From Raja brachyura (taxonomy: Eukaryota): a stretch of 64,000 nt of DNA. Under the pieces are notes generated by a model that was not told the DNA's origin, made no database searches, and worked only from the letters and a program-made list of their open reading frames with translations. Position numbers and translations under genes: made by a program. The DNA lies in assembly GCA_963514005.1 (NCBI GenBank), contig OY740805.1:20646001-20710000 (forward strand), written 5' to 3'. Positions 22,867-36,230 of this stretch are shown piece after piece (position 1 is the stretch's first letter; the number at the start of each line of letters is the position of its first letter).

Positions 22867-25800
22867 TACTATCCTTTTCAACAATGTTCAACATGGCTAT
22901 GTTTCGAGATACAGCGCGGAAACAGGCCCTTTGGCCCACCAGGTCCGTGCTGACCAGTGATCCCTGCACATTAACGCGCACCTGGGACAATTTTTACATT
23001 TACCAAGCCAATTAACCTACAAACCTGCACGTCTTTGGAATGTGGCAGGAAACCAAAGATCTCAGAGAAAACCCACGCAGGTCAAGGGTAGAACGTATGA
23101 ACTCCATACAGACATCGGGATCGAACCCGGGTCTCCTTCAGGGCCCTTCAGCCCACAGAGTTCATGCTGACCATTGATCTCCCATTCACTCTAGTTATTC
23201 CACATTCTCATCCACTCATTACACTAGGGGCAATTTACATAGGCAAATTAACCTACAAACTTGCATGCCTTTGCGGTGTGGCATAAAACCAGAGCACCCA
23301 GAGGAACCACAGCGGTCACGGCGAAAACGTGCAACTCCACACAGACAGACCCGAGGTCAGGATTGAACCTGGGTCTCTGGCACGATGAGGCAGCAGCTCT
23401 CTACCATTGCACCATTGTGCTGTATTTCACAAAACCCATTAACCAGCTCAACACAGGTTAATGGAAAAAACAAATCAAAGGAGCATTGACGGCCATGAGT
23501 GACTGTGTTTTATGGAAAATATGGTGGGAGGAATAGGATCGATGAATGAAGGAAAGAATGAATGATACTCTATTGTGACATGTACCCAGGGTACCTGGGT
23601 ATAGTGAAATGCTTTGTTTTCCATACAACCTCGGTCTATCCTAGACTGGACTTTGCTGGCTTCACTTTGCACTAAACATTATTCCCTTATCATGTGTCTC
23701 TACACTGCAAATGCATTGATTGTAATCATGTATTGTATTTCTACTGACTGGTTAGCATGCAACAAAAAGCTTTTCACTGTACGTCGGTACACGTGACAAT
23801 AAACCAAACTGAACCTAGGCAGTACAAAAGTGTCGCCATGTGTTGGTACAGACAAAGTTACAAAAGTACCGAACAGTCCTATCCACTGCCTGTTGTCAAC
23901 CATGGCAGCAGACCACATCCCCACCAGTTCCCCCTTCATTCTTGGTGGCACTCCCACCCCCACAGTTCCCCCTTTGTCCTCGTCCCCCCTCAATGGGACA
24001 GCCTCCCTGTGCTGAATGCCCTACTGCTACAATGTTCAAAGTATAACATTAGATTAAGCAATGCTCACTGTTGGACTTTCTACCTGCAAACCTTTAGTAC
24101 TTTGTTGTTCTCTTTGAATAAAAACATTCTTGGGTGTTCTTGTCTGAACAAACTAAAATGTGTTGGTTTTTCCGTGACGTTTGAATTCGGGTATCATGCT
24201 CACCAATCTTTTTTAACAGATGCAGCATGGAAACAGGCCTTTCTGCCCACTGAGTCTGCACTGACCATCAATCACGCATACACTAGTTCTATGTTTTCCC
24301 TGTTTCACATCCTACACACTCAGGGCAATTTACAGAGGCCAATAAACCTACAAACCCACACGTTGTTGGAACGTGGGAGGAAACCGGAGCACCCAGAGGA
24401 AACCCGAGCGGTCACAGGAAGAACATATAAACTCCATACAAACAGAATCCATTGTTGGAAACCTTCTTGTGCCTGTGTAGGAAGGCATTGCAGATGCTGG
24501 TTTACACCAAAGATCGAGACAAAATGCTGGAGTAACGCAGTGGAACAGGCAGCATTCCCGGATAGAAGGATTTAGCATTTTAAAGATCAATACTTTGAGG
24601 GCCCCATTTACAATGACATGTGCATCCCATCATTTGGAATGCCCCTTCACCTACTCTTACTTTCAAAGCATTCTCCACACATATAGTCACAGAGACACAC
24701 AAACAGACCCATCAGCCGCCAGAGTCCACTGACCATGAAGCACTAATTCCATACCATTCCATTCCATCATTGAATGGATCTACAGGAGGTGCTGCCTCAG
24801 AAAGACAGCTAATGTCATCAGAGACCCACACCACCCTGGCCATACTCTCAGGGCCGGCCACCCTGGACCGGGAATTCGCCCTGAAAATCGGGCCCATCCA
24901 TCATGGACCGAGTTCTTGGTCGCTGTGGACCAAGGATGGAGGAACCATCTGGAAGGCTCAACTCGTCGGCCCAGAGTGGAAGGAGTCAGATGGATGGCTG
25001 ATAGACAGACTGGCTGCATGAGGGAATGCACTGCCTCAACAGTGGAGTGGGTGCTGGAGGCCCTGCAGCAGCCTGGGGCTTGGCTGTTCCAGGCGCCGCT
25101 CCAAGAGGCCGGGCGCATGGACCAGTTACTCCCTGCAGCAGTAGAGGACATCACAGCTTCGCTTGGCCAGGCCGACCCTGGAACAACACCAGGACAGTGG
25201 GGCTCATGGTCAGGCCAAGAACCCTCACTTACAACAACTGGGATGTGAAAATGGCACAAATAACTGGCGACACGTACTGCATCTGAGATGCTTATCTAAG
25301 ATATATCTAAGGGCTTATATATATATAGTGATACCTGTATTAAACTGTACACAAAAATAAATTTCACTGTACCTTGGTACATGCCACAAATAAAATACCA
25401 TTGAAACAATGAACTACCTTTGAGGTTAGAGAGCCTGAGAACTGTTAGCTCCAGGTTTAAGAGCAGCTTTTTTCTGACGAGCAACAGGCTTTTAAACACT
25501 GTACAACACTAACCACAACCTTACCTCAACAACTCTGATCTGTGATGGACTTTATTTTGCTTGCAGTAAGGAAGTTTTGTTTTTCCACTGTTATGGTTTG
25601 GTTACCTAGTATAACTATTATTAATTTATTGTGTCATTGATTATCTTATATTCAATATGTGCATGAGAATTTCATTGTCCAATTGCCAGTACAGATGACA
25701 ATTAAACTCTTGCTCTCGACCAACCCATTCTTATTCTCTGCAAATTCCCATCATATCTCTCCAGATTATATTACTTACCTACAAATGAAAGTCAATTTAC

Positions 25801-26280
25801 ACTGTGGAAACAAGGAACTACAAATGTTGGTTCACAAAGAAAGATGCGTAAAGTGCTGGATCATCTTAGTGGGTAAGGCAGCATCCCTGGAGAACATGGA
25901 TATGTGATGATGGATAGATGTTTCGGGTCAAGACCCCTTCTTCACCCAGTGGAAGGGTGTTGATCCTAAACGTCATCTATCCATGTTTGCTGGAGATGCT
26001 GCCTGACCAGCTGAGTTACTCCGGCACTTAGAGATTGACACAAAATGCTGGAGTAACTCAGTGGGACACGCAGCATCTCTGGAGAGGTCTCGAGCTGAAA
26101 TGCCACCTATTCCTTTTCTCCAGCGTTGCTGTCTGACCCGCTGAGTTACTCCAGCTGTTTGAGTCTATCTTCGGTTTAAACCAGCATCTGCAGTTCCTCC
26201 CTACGCAGCTCTTCCCTTGGCATTGTTCCTCAGCATTGCAAACCATCTTCCAGTTTTAATCAAGAGTTGAGTGCTTAATT

Positions 26281-26283
<3 letters not shown>

Positions 26284-26315
<32 letters not shown>
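26284..26315. repeat. (TA)n microsatellite
   Basis: Direct inspection. Confidence 0.95.
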
Positions 26316-26318
<3 letters not shown>

Positions 26319-28129
26319 CCCCCTGCACCAAATTATATATACACACATACACACATATACACAACGAGAAACGGAACAATGAGATTTTTACTCAGAGCAT
26401 GATAACAGGTCTGTACAGACAATAAACATAGAAAATACATAATACAACTAACAAAAAAACAAAATCAATAAATTACCAACCTCAATACTAGGGCAAACAA
26501 AATCTGAAAGTCCTTAGTGCAACCAAAGACAGTCCATAGAATTTCACAGTTGAGGTTAGCATTGTGTAGTGTTCATTTGCATGATAGTTGTTGGGAAGAA
26601 GCTATTCTTCAACCTGGTGGCTATGGTTTTCAAGCACATGTACTTTCTTCCCCATGGTAGGAGGTAATGAGAGTGTGGCCAGGGTGATGATGTTGGCTAC
26701 CTTTTTGAGACAGCGTCTCGTGTGGATCCCTTCAATGGTGGTGAGGTCAGTACCCATGATGAACCGGGCAGTATAATATCCTGATTATTCACAAATGTAA
26801 GTACTTCATCTGAAGAGTAGGCCTAAGTCGTAGAATTGCTCTCTATATATCCCTTCCTCTATTTTTCCTTTAAGATGCACCTTAAATGTTTATTTTCTAA
26901 TTGTCATGTAATGTCATTATACTGCTCGAAGTAAAATGTTACAGAATAATATTCTTACTTGAAGCATTCTCAGTGAAGCATTTTCCTACATTGGAACTGC
27001 TTTAAATATGTTATTCTTTATATCTATGTCTGTTTCCCCTTTCACCAACTTAGATTATTACCATCAAAGGAGAATGTCATTTTTTGTGTGCTGCTGGAAT
27101 GTGATCATTTGATGTGTGCTGGAATGTGATCATTAAAATCTTCCCGTATATTGAACCCTGAACTACAGTACACTCAACTATGAATAATGAACAAAATAAA
27201 GTCAAAGTGTTGGAGTAACTCAGCAGATCAGGCAGCATCGCTGGTGACAGTGGATAGGTGATGTGTCAAGTCAGACGCTGTAGACCTATGGACAGTCTTT
27301 GGTTAGACTAAGCATTCAAGGTGTTTTTTGCACGCATTGGGACTATCAATTTGCTGAATTTTTAGTATGTTATTTATTTGTATTGTCTTACAGTTCTGCT
27401 CAGCTGCTACGAGAATGTCATTGATTTGTAGTCAGCACATATGACAATTGAACATTCTATACTCTCTTTCCTTCTGGACTCTCTTGTGGAGTGGGAACAA
27501 ACCTAACATAAGTAAAGTGGTGCCATTCATCCTTTGTCCCCAATCTGATATTCTATAAGATCATAATGATCCTCTAGCAGACCACCATTTTTCCAAACTA
27601 ACCTTTTCCTTTTGTATCCAAGCATCTTCCAACCCTGCCTCAAGCATCTGATTGACTGAATGCCCACAGCCTTCATGGACAGAGAATTTGAAAGACTAAT
27701 TCCCCTCTGGGTGAAATAATTTAATCTCTTTACTACACTGAATTCAATGATTCAATAGTATTTTATTATCACAGGCACCTAGGTACAGTGAAAAGTTTTG
27801 TTCCGTATACAACTCAGTAAAATCATATAGCAGATCGAACCTAGGCAATACACAAGTGTCACCATGTTTTGGTGCCATAAGAATGTCTGAAGCCTTATTT
27901 GTAAACTGTGAATTTTGGTTTCAGACACACCAGTCTGGGGAGAAATAAAAAGACCCTCCCTCATGTTCTGAACTTTGACTCGCTTCATAAAGTGCAGAAT
28001 TTGGATGTTCAGCCCTTCGAGTTTACTCCACAATTTAATCATGGCTGACCTATCGTTCCCTCTCAACGCCAATCTCCTGTCATCTCTCTGTGACCTTTGA
28101 CACTCTTAGAAATCTGGCGACATGCTGGC

Positions 28130-29935
28130 ATTTTATGGGTTTGTATTCCAGTCCTCGTGATATAAATCACCTTCCTGACTACCGGTTCAATTTGCAAATT
28201 AACCTTTTGGGAGTCCTGCACCAACACTCGCAAGTCACTTTGCTCCTCCGATTTCTGGATTCTATCTCCATTTGTAAAATAGTCTATGCCTTTATTCTTA
28301 TTACCAAAATGCATGTCTCCACACTTTGCTATACTGAATTTCATCTGCCTCTTCTGTGCCCACTCTCCCAACCTGTACACGTTCACATTACTGGAGTAGA
28401 ATTAGGCCATTCGGCCCATCGAGTCTACTCCACCATTTGATTATGGCTGATCTGTGCCTCCTAATCCCATTTTCCTGCCTTCTCCCAATGATAACCCGTT
28501 CTAATCAACAATGTGTCGATCTCTGCCTTAAAAATATCCACCACCGTGGCTTCCACTGCCCTCTGTGGCAATGAGTTCCACAGATTAACTACCCTCTGAC
28601 TAAAGAAATTCCTCCTCACCTCCTTTCTAAAAAGGCACCCTTTAATTCTGAGGCTATGACCTCTGGTCCTAGACTCACCCACCAGTGGAAACATCCTTTC
28701 CACATCCACTCTATCTTTGCTTTTCATTATTCTGTAAATTTCAATGAGGTTCCCCCCTGAACATTCTCAACTCCAGCGAGTAGAGGCCCAGTGCTGTCAA
28801 ACGCTCATCATATGCTAACCCACTCATTCATGGAATCATTCTTGTTAACCTCCTCTGAACCAGAGCCAGCACATCCTTCCTCGGATCGGGGGCCCAAATT
28901 TGCACACTGTACTCCAAATGTGGCCTTTTGGAGCCTCAGAATGACATATCTGTTTTTGTATTCCAGTCCTCTTGATATAAATCACCTTCCTGACTACCGA
29001 TTCAATTTGGAAATTAACTTTTTGGGAATCCTGCACCAACACACCCATGTCACTGTGCACCTCAGATTTCTGGATTCTCCCTCCATTTGTAAAATAATCT
29101 ACGCCTTTATTTGTATTACCAAAATGCATGACTCCACACTTTGCTATACTGAATTTCATCTGCCACCTCTCTGCCCACTCTGCTAACCTGAACAAGTCCT
29201 TCTGCAAAGTCCTTGCTTTCTCTACACTGCCTGTCCCTCCACCTATTTTAGCATCAACTGCAAACCTGGCCACAGAACCTTACCACGTAAACACGATGAC
29301 CGCACGTTTGGAGCTAAGAGTTGTCACTCAGTCAATAGCAAAATCCACAGTGTGTGGAACATTCCAGAAGATTAGTCAAGCATGATTTCCATTTCATAAA
29401 TCCATGTTGACTTGGACTAATCATTTTACTGCTATCCAAATGCCCCATTATTACCTCTTTAATAATTGACTCCTGCATTCCTCCCACCACCGAAGTCAGA
29501 CAAACTGGTCTGTAATTACCCGTTTTCTCTCTCGCTCCTTTCTTGAAAAGTGGGATAACATTAGCTATCCTCCAAACCACAGGAGCTGATCCTGAATCTT
29601 TTGAACATTGGAAAATGATCACCAACGGGTCCACTATTTCCAGAGCCTCCTCCCTGAGGACCCTGGGATGCAGACCATCAGGCCCAGGGGATTTATCATT
29701 CTTCATTCCCATTAGCCTACCCAATACTATTTCTCGCCTAATGAACATGTATTTCAATTCCTCTACCCCCTTAGGCCCTCTGTCCCCCAGTATATCTGGG
29801 AGATTGTTTGTGTCTTCTTTAGTGAAGACAGATCCAAAGTACCTATTCAACTCCTCTGCCATTTCCTTGTTGCCCATACTAATTTCACCTGTGCCAACCT
29901 TCAAGGGACCCACATTTGACTTTGCTAATCTTTAG
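28130..29935 (-). mobile_element. Cluster of CR1 LINE ORF2 and 3' fragments
   Basis: KSPGPDGLHPRVLRE...NYRPVCLTSVV...QHGFMKWKSCLTNLLE (29332-29913); KFAxD-like RFAVDAKIGG...WQMKFSIAKC (28845-29273), partly repeated at 28130-28375; 3' end at about 28385-28800. Confidence 0.9.
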
Positions 29936-30031
29936 TGACTGTGCTAATCTTTTCCTGATTTTGCATTGTACTCGTGCCTCTCTCTCTTCCGACATTTGGC
30001 CATAAACTTGAACCTGTCAAACAAAGCACTT

Positions 30032-30950
30032 TGTGTAGGAAAGAACTGCAGATGCTAGTTTAACTCGAAGGTAGACACAAAATGCTGGAGTACTCAGCAG
30101 GCAGGCAGCATCTCTGGAGAGAAGGAATGGGCGACCTATCGGCTCGAGGCCCTTCTTCAGACTGATGTCAGGGGAGTGGATGGGACAAACATAGAATGTA
30201 GGCAACGACAGTAAGACTGGTGGGAGAACTGGGAAAGGGGAGGGGATAGAGAGGGAAAGCAAGGGCTATTTAAAGCTGGAGAAGTCAATGTTCATGCCGC
30301 TTGATTGTAAACTACCCAAGCAAAATATGAGGTGCTATTCCTCCAATTTGCACTGGGCCTCACTCTGACAATGGAGGAGGCCCAGGACAGAAAGGTCAGA
30401 TTGGAATGGGAGGATAGATTGAAGTGCTGAGCAACCAGGAGATCAGGTAGGTTAAGATGGACTGAGCAGAGTAGTTCAGCAAAATGATTGCCGAGCCTGC
30501 GCTTGGCCTCGCTGATGGAGAGAGGTTGCCACCTGCAACTGCGGAAACAGTAGATGAGGTTGGAGGAGGTGCAAGTGAACCTCTGCCTCACCTGGAAAGA
30601 CTGTTTGGGTCCTTGGATGGAGTCGAGGGGGGAGGGAAAGGGACATGTGTTGCATTTCCTGCCGGTGCTGGGGAAAGTACCTGGGGAGGGGGCAGTTTGG
30701 GTGGAAAAGGACGAGTTGACCAGGGAATTTCAGGGGAACGGTCTCCACGGAAAGCAGAAAGGGGTGGAGACGGGAAGATGTGGCCAGTACTGGGATCCTG
30801 TTGGAGGTGGCAAAAATGATGGAGGATTATATGCTGTGTGCAACGGCTAATGGGGTGGAAGGTGAGGACAAGGGGGACTTTGTCATTGATACGAATGGGG
30901 GGAATGGAGGGGGGGGGGAAGCAACAGCGGAGCATCGAGGAAACCCTGGT
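30032..30950 (-). mobile_element. Penelope-like element 3' fragment
   Basis: KVPLVLTFHP...QHIILHHF...AFRGDRS linker, GIY-YIG RQRFTCTSSNLIYC, then terminal repeat at 30032-30170. Confidence 0.85.
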
Positions 30951-31331
30951 GAGTGGCCTCGCCCTTGTTTGTTTTACACGAGTTAAAATCAGTTTAAACC
31001 AAGATCTGCAGTTCTTTCTTCCTCAAAGGAAACGGGGCATGGTGCAAATCAAAGCAGAAATTTCAGTCTGGATTTTACTGAAACAGGAGAGATTAAACCT
31101 TTTCAACTTTTTTAAAAAAAATTTCAAAATAGACTTTATTCAAGTAATAAATATTTACAATACATCAACCGTGCGAAAAATCCATCCGACATTTTCGGAG
31201 GCAACCTTTTTAACGTCTGCATGTTCCTCAGACTAACGCGCGTTTTAAAATTTAGTCGCCTCCTGTCCAGATTGAGATTAAGTCAAGACGCTTTTAGCCA
31301 GTAGAGAATAAAATTAGAATCATTAACTTAC

Positions 31332-31383
31332 CGGCTAGAGCCCCTAGTACACGAATAAAACTCAGCAAGACGAACAGAATCAT
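31332..31383 (-). CDS. MHC class I leader (signal peptide) exon, MILFVLLSFIRVLGALA+G
   Basis: ATG at 31383, 17 mostly hydrophobic codons ending in A-L-A, then G|GTAAGT phase-1 donor matching the phase-1 alpha1 acceptor. An in-frame upstream ATG at 31404 is an alternative start. Linkage over 18.5 kb is inferred. Confidence 0.75.
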
Positions 31384-31457
31384 TTCGCGCACAACATCTC
31401 GCATCAACAGCAGCAACTGAGCCAAACTTCACCAACATGAAAGCAGGATCTCATCAT

Positions 31458-31500
31458 GCAATCAGAATAAAAACACGACGGGTCGTCACCAGTTGTCGAG
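31458..31500 (-). promoter_or_regulatory. Putative MHC X1/X2-Y promoter module
   Basis: Minus strand CTCGACAACTGGTG (X1-like) overlapping TGACG (X2/CRE half-site), 21-nt spacer, then CTGATTGC (Y box, 1 mismatch); 75-117 nt upstream of the leader ATG. Confidence 0.5.
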
Positions 31501-34500
31501 CGGTGCCATTGGACCAGCACAAAACAATTGACTGCAATGGAGACGCGAGGAGGTGTTGTTGCCGATTTACAACAAAGAAAAAGACACAAAGTGCTGGTGT
31601 AACTCAGCAGGTCAGCTCGCAACTCCGGAGAGCATAGATTGGCGACGATAGACACAAAGCACTGGAGTAACACAAGGAATCGAGCAGCATCTTTGGAGAA
31701 AAAGGATGGGTGACTATTGTCAGTCTGAAGTAGGTTCCCAATCTGAAACAGCGCCTGTCAATGTCCTGCAGAGATGTTGCCCGACCTGCTGAGTTACTAC
31801 AGCACTTTGTTTTTTTCGCACTCTATAGCAAATGGAATGGAATGGCAGGGCGTAGTTGCCTGGAACTGTAATTACATTTCAGATACCGCTCCATTCTTGT
31901 GCTGCTAACTGCTCCTAATGTTATTTTATGATTCAGGAGACCCATAAATCCAATCACCTGTCCTAACTTGAATCATTACAATGCAGAACAAAAAGGAGGA
32001 AACCAAACACTGTCCACAGCTGGTAGAGCTGCCGCCTCACTCACAACATCAGAGACCAGCGTTAGATCCTGACCTCACGCATTGTCTGTGTAGGTTTTCT
32101 TTAAGAAAGAACTGCAGATACTGGAAAAATCGAAGGTAGACAAAAATGCTGGAGAAACTCAGTGGGTGAGGCAGCATCTATGGAGCTAAGGAATAGGCAA
32201 CGTTTCAGGTCAGACCCTACTTGGAGGGTCTCGACCCGAAAAGTCACCTATTCCTTCACTCCATAGATGCTGCCTCACCTGCTGAGTTTCTCCAGCATGT
32301 TTCCCTATCTTCAGCGTAGATTTTGCTCGTTCTTCCTGTGACCAGCTGGGTTCTTCCCGGGTGCTCATGTTTTCTCCCACATTCCACAGATGTGTGGGTT
32401 TGTCAGTTAATTGTAAATTTCCCCTAGTGTGTGTGTGGGGTTTGACATAAAAGTGGGATAACATTGAACTATTGTGAACGGGTGACCGATGGTCTGCATG
32501 ATGGGCTGAAGGGCCTGTGTCCATATTGTATCTTTCAACTCAAAATGGAATTCTGTAAAGACATTCTATTGGAAGCTAGTTTGGACATTGAAACTGTGCA
32601 GCACATGGTGGTGGATATCGACGGCAATGGTGTCTGTGAAGTTATCAAGGACCTATCTATCAGAAATGGGGAGAACTTACACAATAGCATTGCTATTGAT
32701 TTATTATTGTCACTTGTATTGAGATACAGTGAAAAGTTTTTGTTTGCGTGCTAACCAAATCAGATCAGGAATGACTAAGGGATTGTACTAAATGACAGGG
32801 CAGGCTTGTGGGGGCTGTTTCAATGCAATAAACTCCATATTAATGTACCATATAAAGAATCCAAGTGCTGGTATGCTTGGTGATGAGCCCAAAATATTGA
32901 TTTTGTAATTCAAGATCTCCTCAGTGTTGCAAGAGTAGAGTTGGTGCCCATAGCAGCAGGGACTCGGGTCGATTCTGACCAACGGTGCTGTCTGTACAGT
33001 GTTTGTACATTCGCCCTGTGATGGCGATGTTTTTCTCTGGGTGCTCCAGTTTCCTCCCACATCTCAAAGAAGTGCAGGATTTCAGGTTAATTGGCTTTGG
33101 TAAAATTGTAAATTGTCACTTGCCGTGCTATAGTACTAGTGTATGGGGGTCAGCGAGGACTCAGTGGGCCAAGGGCCTATTTCCGTGACGTACCTCTGAA
33201 GTCTAAAGTCAAAATGTTAATTTCTATTCATTTTAATTTTCAGCTCTTAACCAAAATCATTTCAATCAACCCAAAGATGACCTTGTTTCTCCCTCACGAC
33301 ACCAGATTTAAGTCTGCACTTTTAAAGAGGCTGTTAATTTTGCTCGGATAGTGCTGAACTAATTCACTTATGTTACTGAAGTTATAACTCACAGCAGTGA
33401 CCACAGTAAGCAAGAGACATCAAATGCATGAACACAAGAAACGGGAAGCAGGAATAGGCCCACAAGTCACTGGCAGAACTAGTTCAAAGGAATGTTTGGG
33501 TCCATATTAATCATCCACTGATTGGGGCCACATTATTCTGCTCCCTTCTCCCTAAAGTTTAGTTTAGTTTATTATTGTAATGTGTACAAAAATACGGGGA
33601 AATACTATATCTTGCATGCTCTCCAGTCATAATACATCATACATGAGTCCAATCACAGACAAGTAAGAATGTAATGATTGTAGTGGGTAATTGTAGAGAT
33701 CGCAAGAAAAATGAAGCATTTGTTGGCCGTGAGTAAAGTCTGTTCTGCAGCTCAATTAGGTCATGACTGACCTACTCTTGACCAGAAGAGTCTGTAACCA
33801 GTAACCCACAACTTCTCAAAGAAACAAATCCATCCTTCTCAGTAATGTAATGAAACTACACACTGCAGTTGAAAATTCCCACAATTCATTATCATCTGGG
33901 AGAAAAATAAAAACAAATTCTCCTCACTTTGAAAACCTGGCGTCCGAGGTCCAGTTTCCTCCATGAGGGGAACTATCAAGAACAGGAGGAAATAGAACAG
34001 GAGTAGGCTATCAGCCCCTGAGAATAGGAACCAAACTTGTCCCACCATTCAATGAAATGATCACTGTTCAGTTGGTCTCAGCTCCTTAGATTAGTTTGGT
34101 TTAGGGGTACAGCATTGAAACAGGCCCTTAGTCCCACTGAGTCTGCGCTGACCAGTGATCCCCATACACTAACACTATCCTACACGCACTTGGGGCCAAT
34201 TAACCTGCATATCTTTGGAGTGTGGGAGGAAGCTGGTATCCCCAGGGAAAACCCACACAGGTCATGGGGAGAACATAAAAAATCTATACATACAGCACCC
34301 ATGGTTAAGATCAAACCTGGGTCTCTGGCACTGTAGTATCTCTACCGCTGCACTTCTGTACCACCCTTTGCGTCACCGTGCTGCCTACACAGTTCTATCC
34401 TATACATGTGGTACAATTTACAGATGCCAATTAACCTACAAACCTGCAGGTCTTTGGAACTGGGAGGAAACCGAAGCACCAGGGGAAAACCCATGCAGTC

Positions 34501-34707
34501 ACCGAGAGAACATGCAAAGTTGGTACAGACAGCACCCATAGTCAGGATGAAACCTGAGTCACAGGCACTGCAAGGAAGTAACTCCACTGCTGTGCCACTG
34601 TGAGGCCCCGCTGTCTGAAATGTTGGTTGCTAGTTGTAACTTTATTCATGAGGGCAATCGTCAAGAACACAAGAAAATATAACAGGAGCAGACTAAGAAG
34701 TAGTCTC

Positions 34708-34837
34708 GAAGAAGGAACTGCAGATGCTGGAGAATCGAGGGTTACACAAAAAGCTGGAGAAACTCAGCGGGTGCAGCAGCATCTAAGGAGCGAAGGAGAT
34801 AGGCGACGTTTCGGGTCGAGACCCTTCTTCAGACCCC
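34708..34837 (-). repeat. Penelope terminal repeat with intact minimal type I hammerhead-ribozyme motif (34801-34836)
   Basis: Minus strand GGGU-CUGAAGA-A-GGGUC(UC)GACCC-GAAA-C-GUC-GCCU. Confidence 0.7.
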
Positions 34838-35479
34838 AGCTCCTCTGTTCCATTACCCCATAACCCTCAATTACCTGAATCTTTCAAAGATTTCACTAAC
34901 TGTTCTTAAGCATTAATGCCTTAGCCACCACCACCTCTGGGCACATAATTCCAGTGATTCACTTCCTTCTGAAATAAGTAATGTTTATGTACCTTAGTTT
35001 TAAACAACTGGTCCCTTATTCTGTAGTTGTTTCCCATTGTTTTTAGACTTTACCACCAGTGAAACATCTCAACTTCTATCATGAAAAGCCCCTTTAGATA
35101 TTGCATGTGTGAATAAGGTCACTCATCACTTTCTACACTCCAGATGCAGACCTAAACTGTTTACCGCTCTTGATGGGACAACCTTTTCATCCCTTGACTT
35201 AGTTTTCTGAATTTCATCTGGGCTGCATCCAATCCTCCTATACCCTTTTTAATTTAAAAACTGTGTGCAGTATTCCAGTTATTGACTCACCTGCATAATT
35301 CCAATATAATATCCCTATTCTTAAATTACATCCCCTTTGCAGTAAAGACTGCATTTTTCCCATTGGTTATTGGGCCTGCTGCTAACTATTTTTGATGCAT
35401 GCACTTGAATACCAAGATCCCATCTGAACTTCACTCATTTACAGTCTCTCTCCATTTAGACAATAATCAACCATTTAAG

Positions 35480-36230
35480 GTTTAGCTTGGGGTTTGTTAT
35501 TGTGATGTGTACCAAAGTATGATGAAAAGCACTGTTTCTGCTGCTGTATACATAAATACTATCAAGCCAAAGACAAGTACAATATGCAGACTGAAGGATA
35601 AGATACAGAGTGAAGAATATAGCTCACAACATTATTGTACAACAGTTCCAGAGACAAAATCCAATGGTCATATTGAGGTAAATGAGAATTGGGACTGGGT
35701 CATAGCATTTGCAATGACCATTCAAAAGCCTGATACAGAGGAGAAGAAGTTGTTCCTGTGTCTGGTGCTCTACACCTTCAAGCTCTGCATCTTCTGCCTG
35801 ATGGGAGTAGAGAAAAAATGAATCACTAGTGTGAGAAAGGTTTTTGACTATGTTGGCTTCCTTCCTGAAGCAGCAGGAAATGTAAATGGAGACAATAATG
35901 GGCCGTCTGGTCTGCGGCATGGACTGGGCTACATCCACATCTCTCTGCAATTTCTAGTGATCTTGAGCATAGCTATTCTGAAAACAAGCTGTGACGTAAC
36001 CTGATATGATGCTTTCTATGGTGCATCTGTGGAAGTTGGTAAGAGTCATTGGACACATACCAAATTTCCTCTGTCGGCTGAGGAAGTGGAGGCATTGGTG
36101 TGCCTTCTTGACTGTCCCTTCTGTGTGGTTGGTCCATCAAGGTTCGTTGGTAATACTTACACCAATGAATTTGAAGCTCTCAACCATTTCTACTTTGACA
36201 CCATTGATACTGATTGGGGCATGCTGACTT
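35480..36230 (-). mobile_element. Rex1/Babar-type LINE 3' fragment
   Basis: Minus-strand KKAHQCLHFLSRQRKFGMCPMTLTNFHRCTIESIISG, typical of the Rex-Babar RT C-terminus. Confidence 0.65.

Larger units (their letters stand above)
1..31383 (-). pseudogene. Non-classical MHC class I heavy-chain gene (leader, alpha1, alpha2, partial alpha3); probable pseudogene or null allele due to an in-frame TGA in alpha2; continues beyond window start
   Basis: Four exons join in frame through GT-AG phase-1 introns: MILFVLLSFIRVLGALA/GPHTLIYYYT...SYWVRNT...MRRHSKTT/DYHYIQGQFGCEV...AYDG...KEKWD...NDCVER*HTYYAIGKTYLTRE/VSPEVTL...LYCTVFGFYPPAINVSWLQNG. Class I hallmarks: C101-C164, YDG, W147, IgC1 C-x3-GFYP-x6-W. 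Confidence 0.9.

Noticed and set aside
23757-24575. 272-aa ORF as a gene
   Set aside because: It runs across several unrelated repeats (LINE tail, V-SINE, Penelope repeat) and has no recognisable domain.
24600-25315. GC-rich segment with overlapping ORFs, possibly an old DNA transposon remnant
   Set aside because: No convincing motif, TIR or TSD could be established by eye.
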